DNA of 64,000 bases, taken from the NCBI GenBank assembly GCA_051362555.1, contig CM120644.1:25194534-25258533 (forward strand), in the 5' to 3' direction. The stretch's first letter is position 1; each line of letters opens with the position of its first letter. Positions 40,780 to 54,200 of the stretch are shown in pieces. A model generated the notes under the pieces. That model searched no databases, was not told the origin of the DNA, and worked only from the letters and a program-made list of their open reading frames with translations. Source of the DNA: Lingula anatina (taxonomy: Eukaryota > Animalia > Brachiopoda). Position numbers and translations under genes: made by a program.

Positions 40780-43700
40780 GCTATGGGTTTTTTGGTTTTA
40801 GACTTGCCCTTCAAGAAATCGACGGAAAATAGCTCTTTTTCAAATTTGAATGGGCACTGTAGAAAACATATAACAGCTAAAGCTCTCAAATTAGGCACAT
40901 AGGTGTGATATCATGTGAAGAATAAGTTCCGTAAATTTCAATCCAAGCAGTTAAGTACATTTTGAGACAGAACGCTTTAAATGTGGAGCAAACCGTAACA
41001 CTTATCCCTTCAAGATCTCGACGAAAACCGGAAGTGCGTCATGACGTCACTCGCTTGTACTTGGAAGGGTGCTGGGTGATTTTCCGATGAGAAATATTTC
41101 ATGGCTTAGATCTAGATCTATACAAATGTTCGGAAAATGACCATGCTGATAAAAGAAAATTCACTAATCAAAACTGAAACTACGTAATTACATAGAAAAA
41201 CATTGTGCATTTCTGACCTCGACTTGTCAGTGTAAACAAAGTGTACTGAACGCATTGCAAGCAAGCACATGAATGCCGCGTTTGATACTTTGTATCAGAC
41301 GCTTGATTTTACTTGACAACACAGTGTTTACGATGGGCATGACAGGAAAAACAGTGCAAAAAACACGCACTTCCGGTTTTCGTCGATTTCTTGAAGGCGG
41401 CGATTTCTTGAAGGGCGAGTCTATATGCAGACACTGCAAGTGGAATAATTTCATACCGTTATCTGGAATGTGTTATGTACTTGTCATAATGAAGTTCTTT
41501 CTTGTTTCTGTATGTTTTCCAGCTTTTCCTGTTTCTGTCCGTTGTACTTTAATATGCAAAACAGTTGAACTGTTGAAATAGATTTTTTATAGCTTCTTGT
41601 ATCTGTATTGTAAAAAAGTTGTTTTTTTTTTAAGATGAAGCATGTTTTTAAAGTCATAATAACTCTTCGTTTTGGCCAAAAATTGGATTTTCCTGGAAAA
41701 AACGGCAATTTTCCCGTACTTACCAATGGCCAACGACCCCATTCCTGCATTCAAAGTTAATCCAGGGTTTTTTTCCTAAACGTACGTTTTTTTGTCGGAG
41801 CTCTCTCTGACATTGCAAAGTCACTGGTGACCTACTTAAAACCGCGGGAAAAGCAGACAACAACAACACTATATAAGATTCATGAGATATATTTGTCTTT
41901 TTGTTAAAAATGCATTTATATCTACAATGTGTGCCATTCTGGGCTTTTCGTTATCTGACGCACTGTACAAAAACTCGCAACTTACATCTGAGGGTTTCCC
42001 GACATGTTATTTTGGTCTCGAATGAACGCGAGAATCTGCGTGACACCATTACGTCATTAGCAACGAATGCACTTGTCGACCGGAAAAAAGGGATCGAAAG
42101 CCCTATTGACAAGCACAGATTTTAGTTTTCCTACAATAACGGCCGTTTTAGTGGTAAAATACAATAGAATATATTTCCATGCGTTGTTTACAATGTATTT
42201 CATGCGGATTTTTGAATCTCAAAGGAAGAGTTATTATTGCTTTAACCTATTGATGAACAGTGGGAACATCATGCCCCAAAGGTTAAAAACATGTCTTGTT
42301 TCTTTTGTGACAATTGACAATTTCCTGGAGCAGTCTTGGACTACTTCCATATTGATTAGATTATTCTTCAGACTTCAGGCATGGACACAGTGGAGAGGGT
42401 ATCCCAGGTGTTGAGCAGTGGACAGACAAATGCCACTTTTACTGAAGTAGAGGACACTGCAACGTAAGCCAGGAAAGAAACTCTTTAAAAGTACTTTGTA
42501 ACATACTAAGAATTGAAGAGACACCTTGCAGTCTTCCTAGCCCCCAGTTCACAAAGAATCTTAAATCCATAGTTGACTAGCTTGAGCTGAGTGACATAAC
42601 AAGGTCAACTACGCTGCAGTCGATTAAGATTGTTTCACAAAAATCCTAAGTCCTAGCTCACTGTTCTTACCATAGTCAATGTGCACGAGAAAATCTCTCA
42701 GAAAAAGAGGTGTAAAAATCATAAAGTTTTGGCGAGAACGGTTGTGTATCAACAATAAAAATCAGTCAAAACATAAAACAAAGTTTGTTTTTGAGCTGTA
42801 TTGATCAGTTTAACTTCAAAACAACTTCAAAGTAACAGTAAAACATTAGCTTGTCTTGGAACGCTGCTGTAGGACATCTAGCAGTCAAGAATATAAACAA
42901 CCCCGCGATAAATATCTTTATAAGCTGTTCATCGTTAAACTTCAAATATTGTTTCTTATTATTCAGTATGATTCTACAATCCACCTCTAACCTGTTGAAT
43001 GCAACCATGGAGGAGTCGAGAGAAGTGAATATCACCAACATGACACAACTTGAGGAGGTCAAAGTGCAAAAGGTGAGAAGACAGATCAGAAGCAAGACAG
43101 CTTTTTTTTTCTTTTTAATCTTAGCGTAAGGGACCATTCCCAGATACTATCATACTGACTGTGTTCAATCTATCTCAGAGGGGATTCTCACAAAATTGTA
43201 ATCAACTTTAGCAGCTTAGATGTCTGTCATGCCTACTGAAGCTACTAGGGGGTAATTAATTCTCGTTTAGCAGTTTTAGTAGGTGTGCCAGACATCTATG
43301 CAGCTTAAGCTAAAAACAATTTAATATGAAACCCCTTGGAGATGGATCGAACCTGTTAGATCAATCTAGGTATGGGAACCCAGTCTTAGTGACCTGACTG
43401 ATTAATTCTCATCCAGACAAGCTTGTAGTTAGGGATTTTAAAGGGAGAGGGGTCTTTTTCTGAAAAAGTGGATCTTTTACCATGAGTACCTACATAAAGA
43501 TTAATAATTCTTACCTTCGCAGACCTTTTTTCCGACAAAAAGGGCAAATATTTGAACTCCACTTACCTCCTTGGCTATGGGCCTGCAATTTAACAGGCAA
43601 GAAAGCTGCAACAAAACAACCAGCCAGATCAATCAAACAACCAGCAAGATCAACCAAACAACTAGAAACATCAATCGAACAACCAAACAGTCAGCAACAT

Positions 43701-45253
43701 CAACCAAACAATCAGCAACATCAATCAAATAAATCACTTACATTGTACCAAACACAAAAGAGGAAGAGAAAAAAGAAAAATTGGCACGCTCTTTGCTCAG
43801 ACTAAACAAAACAATTTCCTCTATGAAACATGCAAACAACCAACAACTAACAAACCAACCCTTTAATCAAAAGCAAAGAAAAAAGTTCCTGCACCAAATA
43901 GTCTAATCCCTAATTATGAACCTCTCCAAACAAGATGTTAAATGTGCATTTTCCTCTTGCAGACCAGATACATAGCAAATAAAGCACTTAGTATCATCAG
44001 CACTATCTCAGACACTGTGCTGGCAAAACAGGTGCCAGGAGAGGAGCCCACTGTTATAGCCACCAAGACTTTCAGTGTCAAGGTAAGTAAGCTTTGCCAA
44101 GAACAAGAATGAACCCACATGCTTAAGATTTAACATGTGGTATGTCTTAACTATTGTGATAAGGCTAACTGTCAGGTTTGCCCTTGAATTGGTTCAAATG
44201 GTTACAGAATATGTATCTTTCAGTATTGATGCCCCAGTTTCATAAAAAAGACCGCAGTAGAATGTTAATTAAACCCATACTTATCAAAATCTAAGAAGTG
44301 TTCAGCATCTTTAAGTTTAGAAATGACATGGTTAAACACAAACGTTCACTTTATTATTTAATCTAATGTTAATCATATTGACTATTACCTAAAAAAAATC
44401 ACCAATTTGTAAGTAATATGGTAGCAAAAATGTTTGTTGAAAAGAAATTAAACCCTTTTGTGCAGCTCTCTTATCATTTGATAGAGAGCCCCAAAAATAT
44501 TGTCCTATCTATTTTTATTTCAACTTGAATCAGTTTTGCACCTTTCTGTGGTTCACTCATTTTTAAAGTCAACCTTGGCATCATATACTTTATGCCACGA
44601 GTAATTGTGTTTTAGTGTCAAAAATTAGACCTGGACACAATGAGTAGTTCCCAGCAGCTGCAGGTGCCCCAGGTCAGCTCAGCAGAAAGGGGGAATGATG
44701 AGACACCACCATGTATGGTCGGCAGCTTTGTCTTACATTCTGTTCAGGATATGCACCGTTATGGAAATAAAAATATATCCTCTGCAGTAAATTTGCAGGT
44801 ACTATAGCTGTTTTTTATTTGATTTTATTCACTTATTTGTTTATTTAACTGCTCATTGCTCACATGCTTGCACAATCTGCAAGGTCATCCATTTGTCCTA
44901 AGCCTTCAGTAGGTAATACCTTGATTAGACCAGTAGATTTTTCAGAAAGTGTGGATTTATTGGTCTAACATTGGCATGAAATTTTTTCAAAAGAGCTTCT
45001 GATTTGATTTAAGGTTTTTTTATTTTCAAAAAAGTAACTGTTACATGAATGTTCTTATTAAAAAAACAAGGTTAATTATCTATATTATCACTGTAAGAGA
45101 GAGAAAATGTTGAGTCTTTTTGATGTATATTCAGACCCACGCATCACTTTGGACCAGTACATTTAAGGGAAGTGGTTGTCCAAATGGCCAGTAAGCAGAA
45201 AAAATTTATGGCACAGACTGTAACTGCTTTAACTAATATATCACATAGTGTGT

Positions 45254-45284
<31 letters not shown>

Positions 45285-48200
45285 GGGGGGGGATTGTAAT
45301 CAAAGACAGACACTTTGATGTTATTTTATTTTTTCATTTATTTAACATTGTAAATGCTTTAAGAGAGCTGTCCTTATATATGATTTCTTGAACATACGCA
45401 TATTTTAGTATCTAAGAGTAAAATGAGTGTTTATTTATTTATTTATTTATTTATCAGATGTTCTACATGCCAGAGAATCCATTCACCTGGGATGTTTCAG
45501 CTCAAGATGTCACCTCCGGCTGCTTTGGTCTTGAAATGACTGTAGATGGCGCTAGGTCCCAGCTCGAATGGCTGCCAGAACCAGTAGATATTTACATCCC
45601 TGTTGGAGGTAAGGAAATAAAAGAAGTCACATAGACTAGTGACTTGTTGCTACAACATATTCCATAAAAGGGAATTATTTTGATTATACTTTTGATACTT
45701 TGTCTTCAAATTTCTGCTTTACTTTCATATTCTTTCAAAACACTTTATATTCAAGCATTTTCCATATTACATGTATGTTAAGAAATCTGACATGCAGCTA
45801 TGTAATGGATTTTGAATTAACAAGTTTAAAACATAATTATAGAGATACTGCTAGCAAGCTGGAGCCGGTTTCACAAAGCAGTAGTTAGTTAGCGATCGGC
45901 AGTTAGCCTCTCGCTAGTTATGAGTGCCGTTTCATGAAGCAATCGCTAGTTCTCTCACTCATTATTGTCTCGTTGTTGCCTTGGATATTTAACGACTGGT
46001 CAGACCAGTCGCTAACTCTAGAGTTTCATCGTATGCATGCGTAATGAGTGAAATAAAAAGGTTGCTTAGTTACCGTTGTCTGTCGTTTGTCTTTGTATCC
46101 AATATGGCGGCTACCTTTCTTGCTATCCATACCGCCAGACGGCAACGTAGACTACGACATTTTCATAAAAGGCAGAATCTATTAGAATATACACACGATG
46201 ATGCAATTTACGAGAGGTTGCGCCTAGCTGTGACAAAAAGAGCGGCAAAAAGGTGGTGGAGATCCTTTACGACGACCTCAAAGCAGACGTTCTTATGCAT
46301 TTCCAGCCACCAAAAATTGGAGAGTTAGTGCTTTCGTGACACTTTTACACAAGAGTTCCACTTCCGGCAGACGGTTTCAAGACTACGGTGAGTAACGAGA
46401 GAACTAACGACCGAACTTTACGACTGAACTTAGCGATAAGTTAACTACTGCTTCGTGAAACACCCCTCGAAAATTGCTAAGTTTGCTCGTTAGCGAGGTA
46501 GTTCAGTAGTTAATTGTTCTAAATAACTACTGCTTTGTGAAACCGGCCCCTGGCTTACTGCTTCAGTTGGCAACAAGATTACATGAGATTTAAATAAATC
46601 CATGAAAAAGATTGTAAAAAATCTTAATCCTTTATACTAGAGGCTGACATGAACTGTGGTATCACCATGCTCCAACTTGAAGAAGGAACTAACGGGACCA
46701 TGGTGGACGTTATTTACTTCAAGTTTGATGCTGAGACCAACAAATCACATCAGATCACCATCTGGCCAGCAGACAATAATGCCACCCTGCAAGTTTACCT
46801 AAAAGCCAATGCCAGGCCTAGCAAGGAAGAGGTATGCTGCTAAATAGGTGCTTTTCTGTGTGACAAAATATAGTTCTGATAAATTTTTAATATTTTTTCA
46901 CAGAAAAGTTCTTTTTGAAGTAAGTTATGTGGTCAATTATTGTTGAAACATTAGTATTAAATAGCTAGTAGCTAAGTATTTTTTTTAAGTATGCAGAAAT
47001 TTAAAAGGATAACAACTGTTAATTTTGGTAAAAAAATGAATATTCCTGGGGTAAATGACAATTTTTCCATACTTTCCAATGGTTAATGAATCCATTTCTA
47101 CATTCAAAGTTAGTCCCTGTTTTTTTCTAAAAGGATTTTTTTTTCTTCTTTTTTTGTAATATAATCTCTTAACAGTTTATTACAGAGTATAGCTATCTAT
47201 GGAGGTCACGTGATCCAATGACAAGCACAAATTTCAGAATAATTACTATAACTGCCGTTTTTGTGGTAAAATAGAATAAATTAGATTTCTGAGTTATTTA
47301 CAATGTATTTATTGTGAAATATAGAGCTCACATGAAGAGTTATCCCTTTAATCACCTCAAAAGCATAGCACAAAAATGTAATAAATCAGTGAGTAATTAA
47401 TTACTGTTCAGTTACAATTAAATTATGTGAGGACTCATTTAATTTTTTCCTAATTGATTAATTTCCCAGATCTTAAACAGCACTACAGTTATCCCTGTTC
47501 CCGAGGAGATGCGTTATCGTCATGGCAACCAAAGTGCCAGTGGCTATGTTTTGTTTGTCCCAGAAAATGAAACCACTGAAGCAGACACTGTATATTACAT
47601 GGGAATCATTTTATTTAATACCAGTGATTCTGAGAACAGTGAGTAGGAACAGAACAGTGATTTAAAAAAAAAATTGATTTTCATTATTGTGGACTTTTAC
47701 TAATTCTTAATTTTACAAGTTCATTTAAAATATATATTGCATTTAATTATACATTGTATTATGTACAGATGTGTCTGTACATATAGCCATCACCTGCGTC
47801 TGTCATCACCATCGTCATTGTCAGCGTGCACTTTCACCGATAACTCAATAAGTGGAAACATGTATTATCTTTTGTCTTCAAACTTATGGAACTTATGAAT
47901 ATAAATAAAATACAGGTCAAGTTCGAAATCAGCTTGATCGGACAATTTTTAGAAAAGTTATGCAGTTTTTTTTTCCTTTTTTCAGGATATATGCAACACT
48001 GATAACACATTTCAAGGAAAACCCATAGGCCTCTTGCACAGAAATAATTAATATAACTAAAATACAGATTGAGTTTGAAAACCAGCTTGATCGGTTCAAT
48101 TTTGATGAAGTTATGCCTTTTTATGTATATGAGTGTTTTTTTTTTCCTCAGAGTCAATTCTTAGGCATGTTAACAGTCTCATTATTGAACTAATTAGATA

Positions 48201-51200
48201 CCTTAAAGTGTTCTTTTGACATTTTCTGCATCTTAGCAACATTGTTAGAAAATGTTATAAATTATAATGATGGTAAACCTGTTATTGTGTAATGAAGTGT
48301 CAAAAATGGATATAAATTCTCATCATTGCAGTTTGTCAGATTCAATCACTATGTTCAGAATCTCACAATGGAGCAAACTGGACATTTAAAATTGTTGTAT
48401 TGATATTTTACCTATTTCAGCAATTTTCTTAGTTGATTATATAAAAACGACATTTCTGTACAGTTATCTCTTGTTTATATTTTGGCATTTTCAAGGTGTG
48501 ACTTTAAACTTCCATGGGCTTGAAGAACTTTGCAAGTCACATTTTCTGAATGTCCATGACACTTCTATTTTATTGTTAAGGATTAGTGGTGATTATGCTG
48601 TTAAGCATTATGTAATATTACAACAAAATTGAAGAAAACCCTGTTTTGGGCACTGCCTCCTTTGTGACCATTAAGGGAAAACCATGTCACTTACACTTCT
48701 TGAACTTACAGGAAAGAAGCATAAGACTAAAATGCTGCCCGAGTTGGAAAAGCAGTCTTTTTGGCTTTGTTTTACATTTTGTGAATTTTTTATCTTTCAC
48801 ATATTGGCATTTTGAATGTGGTTTTTGAACTCCCACGGGCATGTATTAAGCCCAGTGGTAATCAAATTTTCTACATGTCCTTGTTGTTAATAGTATATAA
48901 TTAAAAATTGGTGGTAATTATACAGTTAATCCTTATGTAATATTGAATAAAAATTGACAAAAAAATCTACTTCGTTCACCAAAGAAAACTTTTTTTTTTT
49001 AACTTACAAGAATGATTCTTAGGATTGACATATAGGATTATTGAATTTTTATTGAATTTATGCAATTTTTTGTGAAATTTTTATTTTTCTCATTCTGGCA
49101 TTATATGAGTGTGAAAAATAAATGCTCAATGGACCTGGCCCCCGTTTCACAAAGAATCTTAAATCCGTAGTCGACTAGCTCGAGCTGGGTGGCCTAGCTA
49201 GGTCGACTTAGCTGCAGTCGACTAGGAGTGTTTCACAAAGAATCTAACGTCTTAGCTTGGCGGGCTTACCGTAGTCGACGCGCACAAGAAACTCTTCAAG
49301 AAAAGGAGGTGTAAAATTGCAAAAGTTTCACAAGACATGACGTTTCATGGCCTCTTTCGGCCGAGAACGAACGTTTATCAACAGTAAAAATCAGCCAAAA
49401 CAGAAACAAAGTTTGTTTTTGAACTTTACTGATTAGTTTAACTTCGATACAACTTCAAAGTAACAGTTAAACATTAGCTTGTCGTGGAACACTACTGAGG
49501 GACGTCTAGCGGTCAAAAACATAAACAAACACGCGATCGGCTGGGTAAAGTGGAATTTTATTTTTTATTTTAATATTCCATAAATGTCAGTGCTATTCAA
49601 GGATATTATAACACAATATCTTGAAGGAGGTATGTTCTTTCCAAATTTTTGTTGTTTATACTCTCATTTACCGAGTTTTAGTTGAGCTTGCCGACTTAAG
49701 TCTCCTCCCGAGGAGGCTTGACATCGTCGACTTACAGCTAAGAAAATAACGACGTAAGCGACCTTTTAGATTCTTTGTGAAACGGGACTTAGTGACGTAA
49801 CGACTTAATTACGTTGGTAACCAAGCCCTAAGTCAGGGAAACCGACTTAAGTTTTTTTGTGAAACGGGGGCCTGAAGCCTTATGCTTTTACTTTTGCCAG
49901 TATTACTTTAAGTTAATTTTACATATGGTCAAGTACAAATAAATTCATATAACTACAGGATGTTAAAGGGTAATTTATGGTACTGTAATGTATTAGGGAT
50001 TTTAAACTCTAATATATTCCAATAAAACAAGATAATCTTCAACATTTTAACTGATATCTTAGTTAATTATTGCACAAAGTTTCAGGCAGATGGTTTGCAG
50101 AATAAGGTGCTTGTTTGTTTTTATTTTCTTTAATATTGATATCTTGATAGAGATTGGCTCTAGTACAATGGTATTGGGAACTATACTCCATCACTGTCTT
50201 TGTACGCTGTAATATATTGGTACCAGTACATTAGTATTGAATACTATACTCCATCACTGTCTGTGTACACTGTAACATATTGGTACCAGTACATTAGTAT
50301 TGAATACTATACTCCATCACTGTCTGTGTACACTGTAACATATTGGTACCAGTACATTAGTATTGAATACTATACTCCATCACTGTCTGTGTACACTGTA
50401 ACATATTGGTACCAGTACATTAGTATTGAATACTATACTCCATCACTGTCTGTGTACACTGTAACATATTGGTACCAGTACATTAGTATTGAATACTATA
50501 CTCCATCACTGTCTGTGTACACTGTAACATATTGGTACCAGTACATTAGTATTGAATACTATACTCCATCACTGTCTGTGTACACTGTAACATATTGGTA
50601 CCAGTACATTAGTATTGAATACTATACTCCATCACTGTCTGTGTACACTGTAACATATTGGTACCAGTACATTAGTATTGAATACTATACTCCATCACTG
50701 TCTGTGTACACTGTAATATATTGGTACCAGTACATTAGTATTGAATACTATACTCCATCACTGTCTTTGTACACTGTAATATATTGGTACCAGTACATTA
50801 GTATTGAATACTATACTCCATCACTGTCTGTGTACACTGTAACATATTGGTACCAGTACATTAGTATTGAATACTATACTCCATCACTGTCTGTGTACAC
50901 TGTAACATATTGGTACCAGTACATTAGTATTGAATACTATACTCCATCACTGTCTGTGTACACTGTAACATATTGGTACCAGTACATTAGTATTGAATAC
51001 TATACTCCATCACTGTCTGTGTACACTGTAATATATTGGTACCAGTACATTAGTATTGAATACTATACTCCATCACTGTCTTTGTACACTGTAATATATT
51101 GGTACCAGTACATTAGCATTGAATACTATACTCCATCACTGTCTTTGTACACTGTAATATATTGGTACCAGTACATTAGTATTGAATACTATACTCCATC

Positions 51201-54200
51201 ACTGTCTGTGTATATTATTACATATTGGTACCAGTACATTAGTATTGAATACTATACTCCATCACTGTCTGTGTACACTGTAACATATTGGTACCAGTAC
51301 ATTAGTATTGAATACTATACTCCATCACTGTCTGTGTACACTGTAATATATTGGTACCAGTACATTAGTATTGAATACTATACTACATCACTGTCTGTGT
51401 ATATTATTACATATTGGTACCAGTACATTAGTATTGAATACTACGGTAATGTGCCATGAATTTCGAACAGTAGAAAATAATTAAATTTGGGAAAAGATCG
51501 TTCTGGCCGAAATTCATGAAATGGAGGTGCTCAGAACTTCCGAAAGTTCGAATTTCATGGAATTCTGTCAATTTTGACCGAAAGTTGTCTGTTCGTCGCT
51601 AGGCCTTCTGTTATCTTCTCCCGACGATCTATTTAGAGTTACCATAATGTATGATGTGTGAGTGTCGGTAATTGCGACCAAAGGTATACACGTACTTTCA
51701 CCCGATCACTGTGTATGGCCCATAGATAGAGCGGTACTGTTGTCTAGGGCCGCAAAACAGCATCGTTATCAGTAGTGTCGTTTTTCAAAAGCGATTCTGG
51801 CAGCCAGAAACTAGTGTCGTTTTTCAAAAACGATCCTGGCGCTCAGAACGGGAGTGGACGGAGGGAGAGACGGCCGACGATTAGCGTCTGCCACGACCAG
51901 ATAACCTTTACTATGGAAGCTTAGTGTTACCGTTGCTCCTTTCCGTGCACTGAAACCGAGACGACAGCCGATCAGTGTCTATGGCGCACGTGCAGGTAGC
52001 CTTCATCTGCGATAAGAGTCTTCCGCGACCAGGTTCGTTGCCTTTACCGTTAAAGTCGGGTGGAGCTTTACGCGCGAATGTGTCCTCATCTCGCCGTTCG
52101 CGGGTCGGTGTCTCCGACGCATACGTAGCCTTCCCTGCAGAAGCCGGCCTCGGCACTACGGCCTCTCCTCCGTGCGGGGAGGCCACTACGACCGCAGATC
52201 GGTATGTGCGGCGCACAGGTAGCCTTCGCCACGGCAGCCGAACTGTGTATTACGGTCTCTATCCGTCGTGCGCTGCGACCAAGATGACCGCTGATTGTTG
52301 TCTGCGATCAAATATACTAGGTTTGGGGGGGTGGGTGGGGGGGTGGGGTGGGGGGGGTGCAGGGCCGTTTTTTTTTTTTTTTTTTCGCTCAGGCAACCCA
52401 TTCTTAACCAGCAGCATCAACTGATTTCCTGGCGCATAGTTGCGTCAATGTACGCATTTGAAAAGCGTGTACGTTTTGTCATTGAAACCATCTTCAAACA
52501 AACGCGAGAGATAGGTAATCTAGAGTAAACCGAAAAGGCAGTTTTTATATGCGTTCAAGGGACTAGAAGATCGTCAATGGGAGATAGTGAGCGATCTGAG
52601 CGCGACAATAAGCCAATTTCCACACTAGTTCAAGGGATTTCGTTACTATATTCGTCAGCAAGAGATCGTCAGCGATCCGAGCAAGCATAGAAGCTTGGAA
52701 TTTTTGTCCATGCTAGAAGGCAATTTTCATGTAGTCAGCAGGATATGGTTTGCTGGTTTGCGACAGGGGCGTAACCAGGCATATGCACGGATACACTGTG
52801 CGTATATAATTTTTTAGCCAACCATGATATTATTCTCTATAAATCTAGTGTACTTTTCAAGGAATATTATCGAAAATCCCCTTCGATTATAAGTCAATGT
52901 CACCTGAATGTACAAATTCTCTGTATAATTTATATATGCACCATTGTTCTGACACCCTTTTCCGTTTGCTTTCGCAGAACTGAGGTAAACAATACAGTTA
53001 CCATCTGAAGTCCGATCTTAATCGTCCATCTAGCTGGAACTTGCTTTACCTCTTAATTAGAGGGTAGAGTGCCCTTCAGCTCACAGGTAGCTTTTGTCTT
53101 GAGTGTATCGAACGCGATATTTATCTCAGATAAAAATCTACCTGTGTGTTATTTTCAAAGAGCTGCTCCAGCAGACCTGGGGGCACTAGATAAATCTGAT
53201 CATCGGGCTAAACAAGGAGCCAGAGAAACAAAGGAAGATTGACTTTTCCAGAAAAGTGTCAAAGAATTTTGACACGGACTTGATCCAGCATAACCCTCCA
53301 AACTAACGGGGTGGCATGGGCCTTTTTTTACAAAATTTACAAACAATTAAACTTAGATATATTACAATTTTATCCTTTAATATAATTTTATGAGGCATGC
53401 ACCCGCATGTAAGCTGGGTGATGTAAGTAAGCCCCTAGTTAAATAAATATACCCTTATGATCAAGGCTTTTCCAAGCGAACCGTCCAGTCGTCATTTGGA
53501 CGGCCGCTGACATCACCGGACGGCCTGTATTTTCAAAGACGGCTAGACGGCCTGCGACTTTTTTTTTAATGACGTCTTGGCTTGTCGGGGCAGCCGTGGA
53601 TGTTGTAAGAAATTTTCTTAGAGTAATTTGACGTACCTAGCTTTTATGATGCGTCACAGATGAATGGTACTACTTTGTAGTGTACGCTGATATTCAGTTA
53701 CGATGAAACGACTTCCTAAAGCTTACAAAACACAATAAAATGTTGCTATGAACTTTAAGATACACATTCCACGCCGTATGCAGCAGTGACAAGAGTGACC
53801 TTCATGCGGTACAAAACACTAAGCAAACTACAGGCCAATTTGTGAAAGGGGACACCTTCCGGACCTTCATACGCACGGCAACTGACAAAGCTGATTGACA
53901 AAAAGGAAAATTTCAATTTTTCAGGGAGAGATCGTTCGCAATCCGAGAGAGACCAGGAGGCAATTTTCATATTTGTTAAAGAGACTTCGTAAGCCAAAGG
54001 GCGAGAAGAGAACGCAATTTTCGTATCGTCAGCGTCGCAATCCGAGTGAAACGAGAAAGCTCATACTCGTTCAGTGGCTTTCGTTTGCGGAAGATCGTCA
54101 GCCGGAGATCGTTCTCGATTGTTTTTAACCCTCCATCCCTCCCCATTTATAATTTTTAAAAATATTTTTCATTTCATTTGTACATTTCAAGGGACTTCAT

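Noticed and set aside
50200-51459. 419-aa ORF (and the 192-aa ORF at 54638) with a 21-aa period
   Set aside because: By-product of a 63-bp satellite lacking stops in one frame; intronic and split by a transposon.
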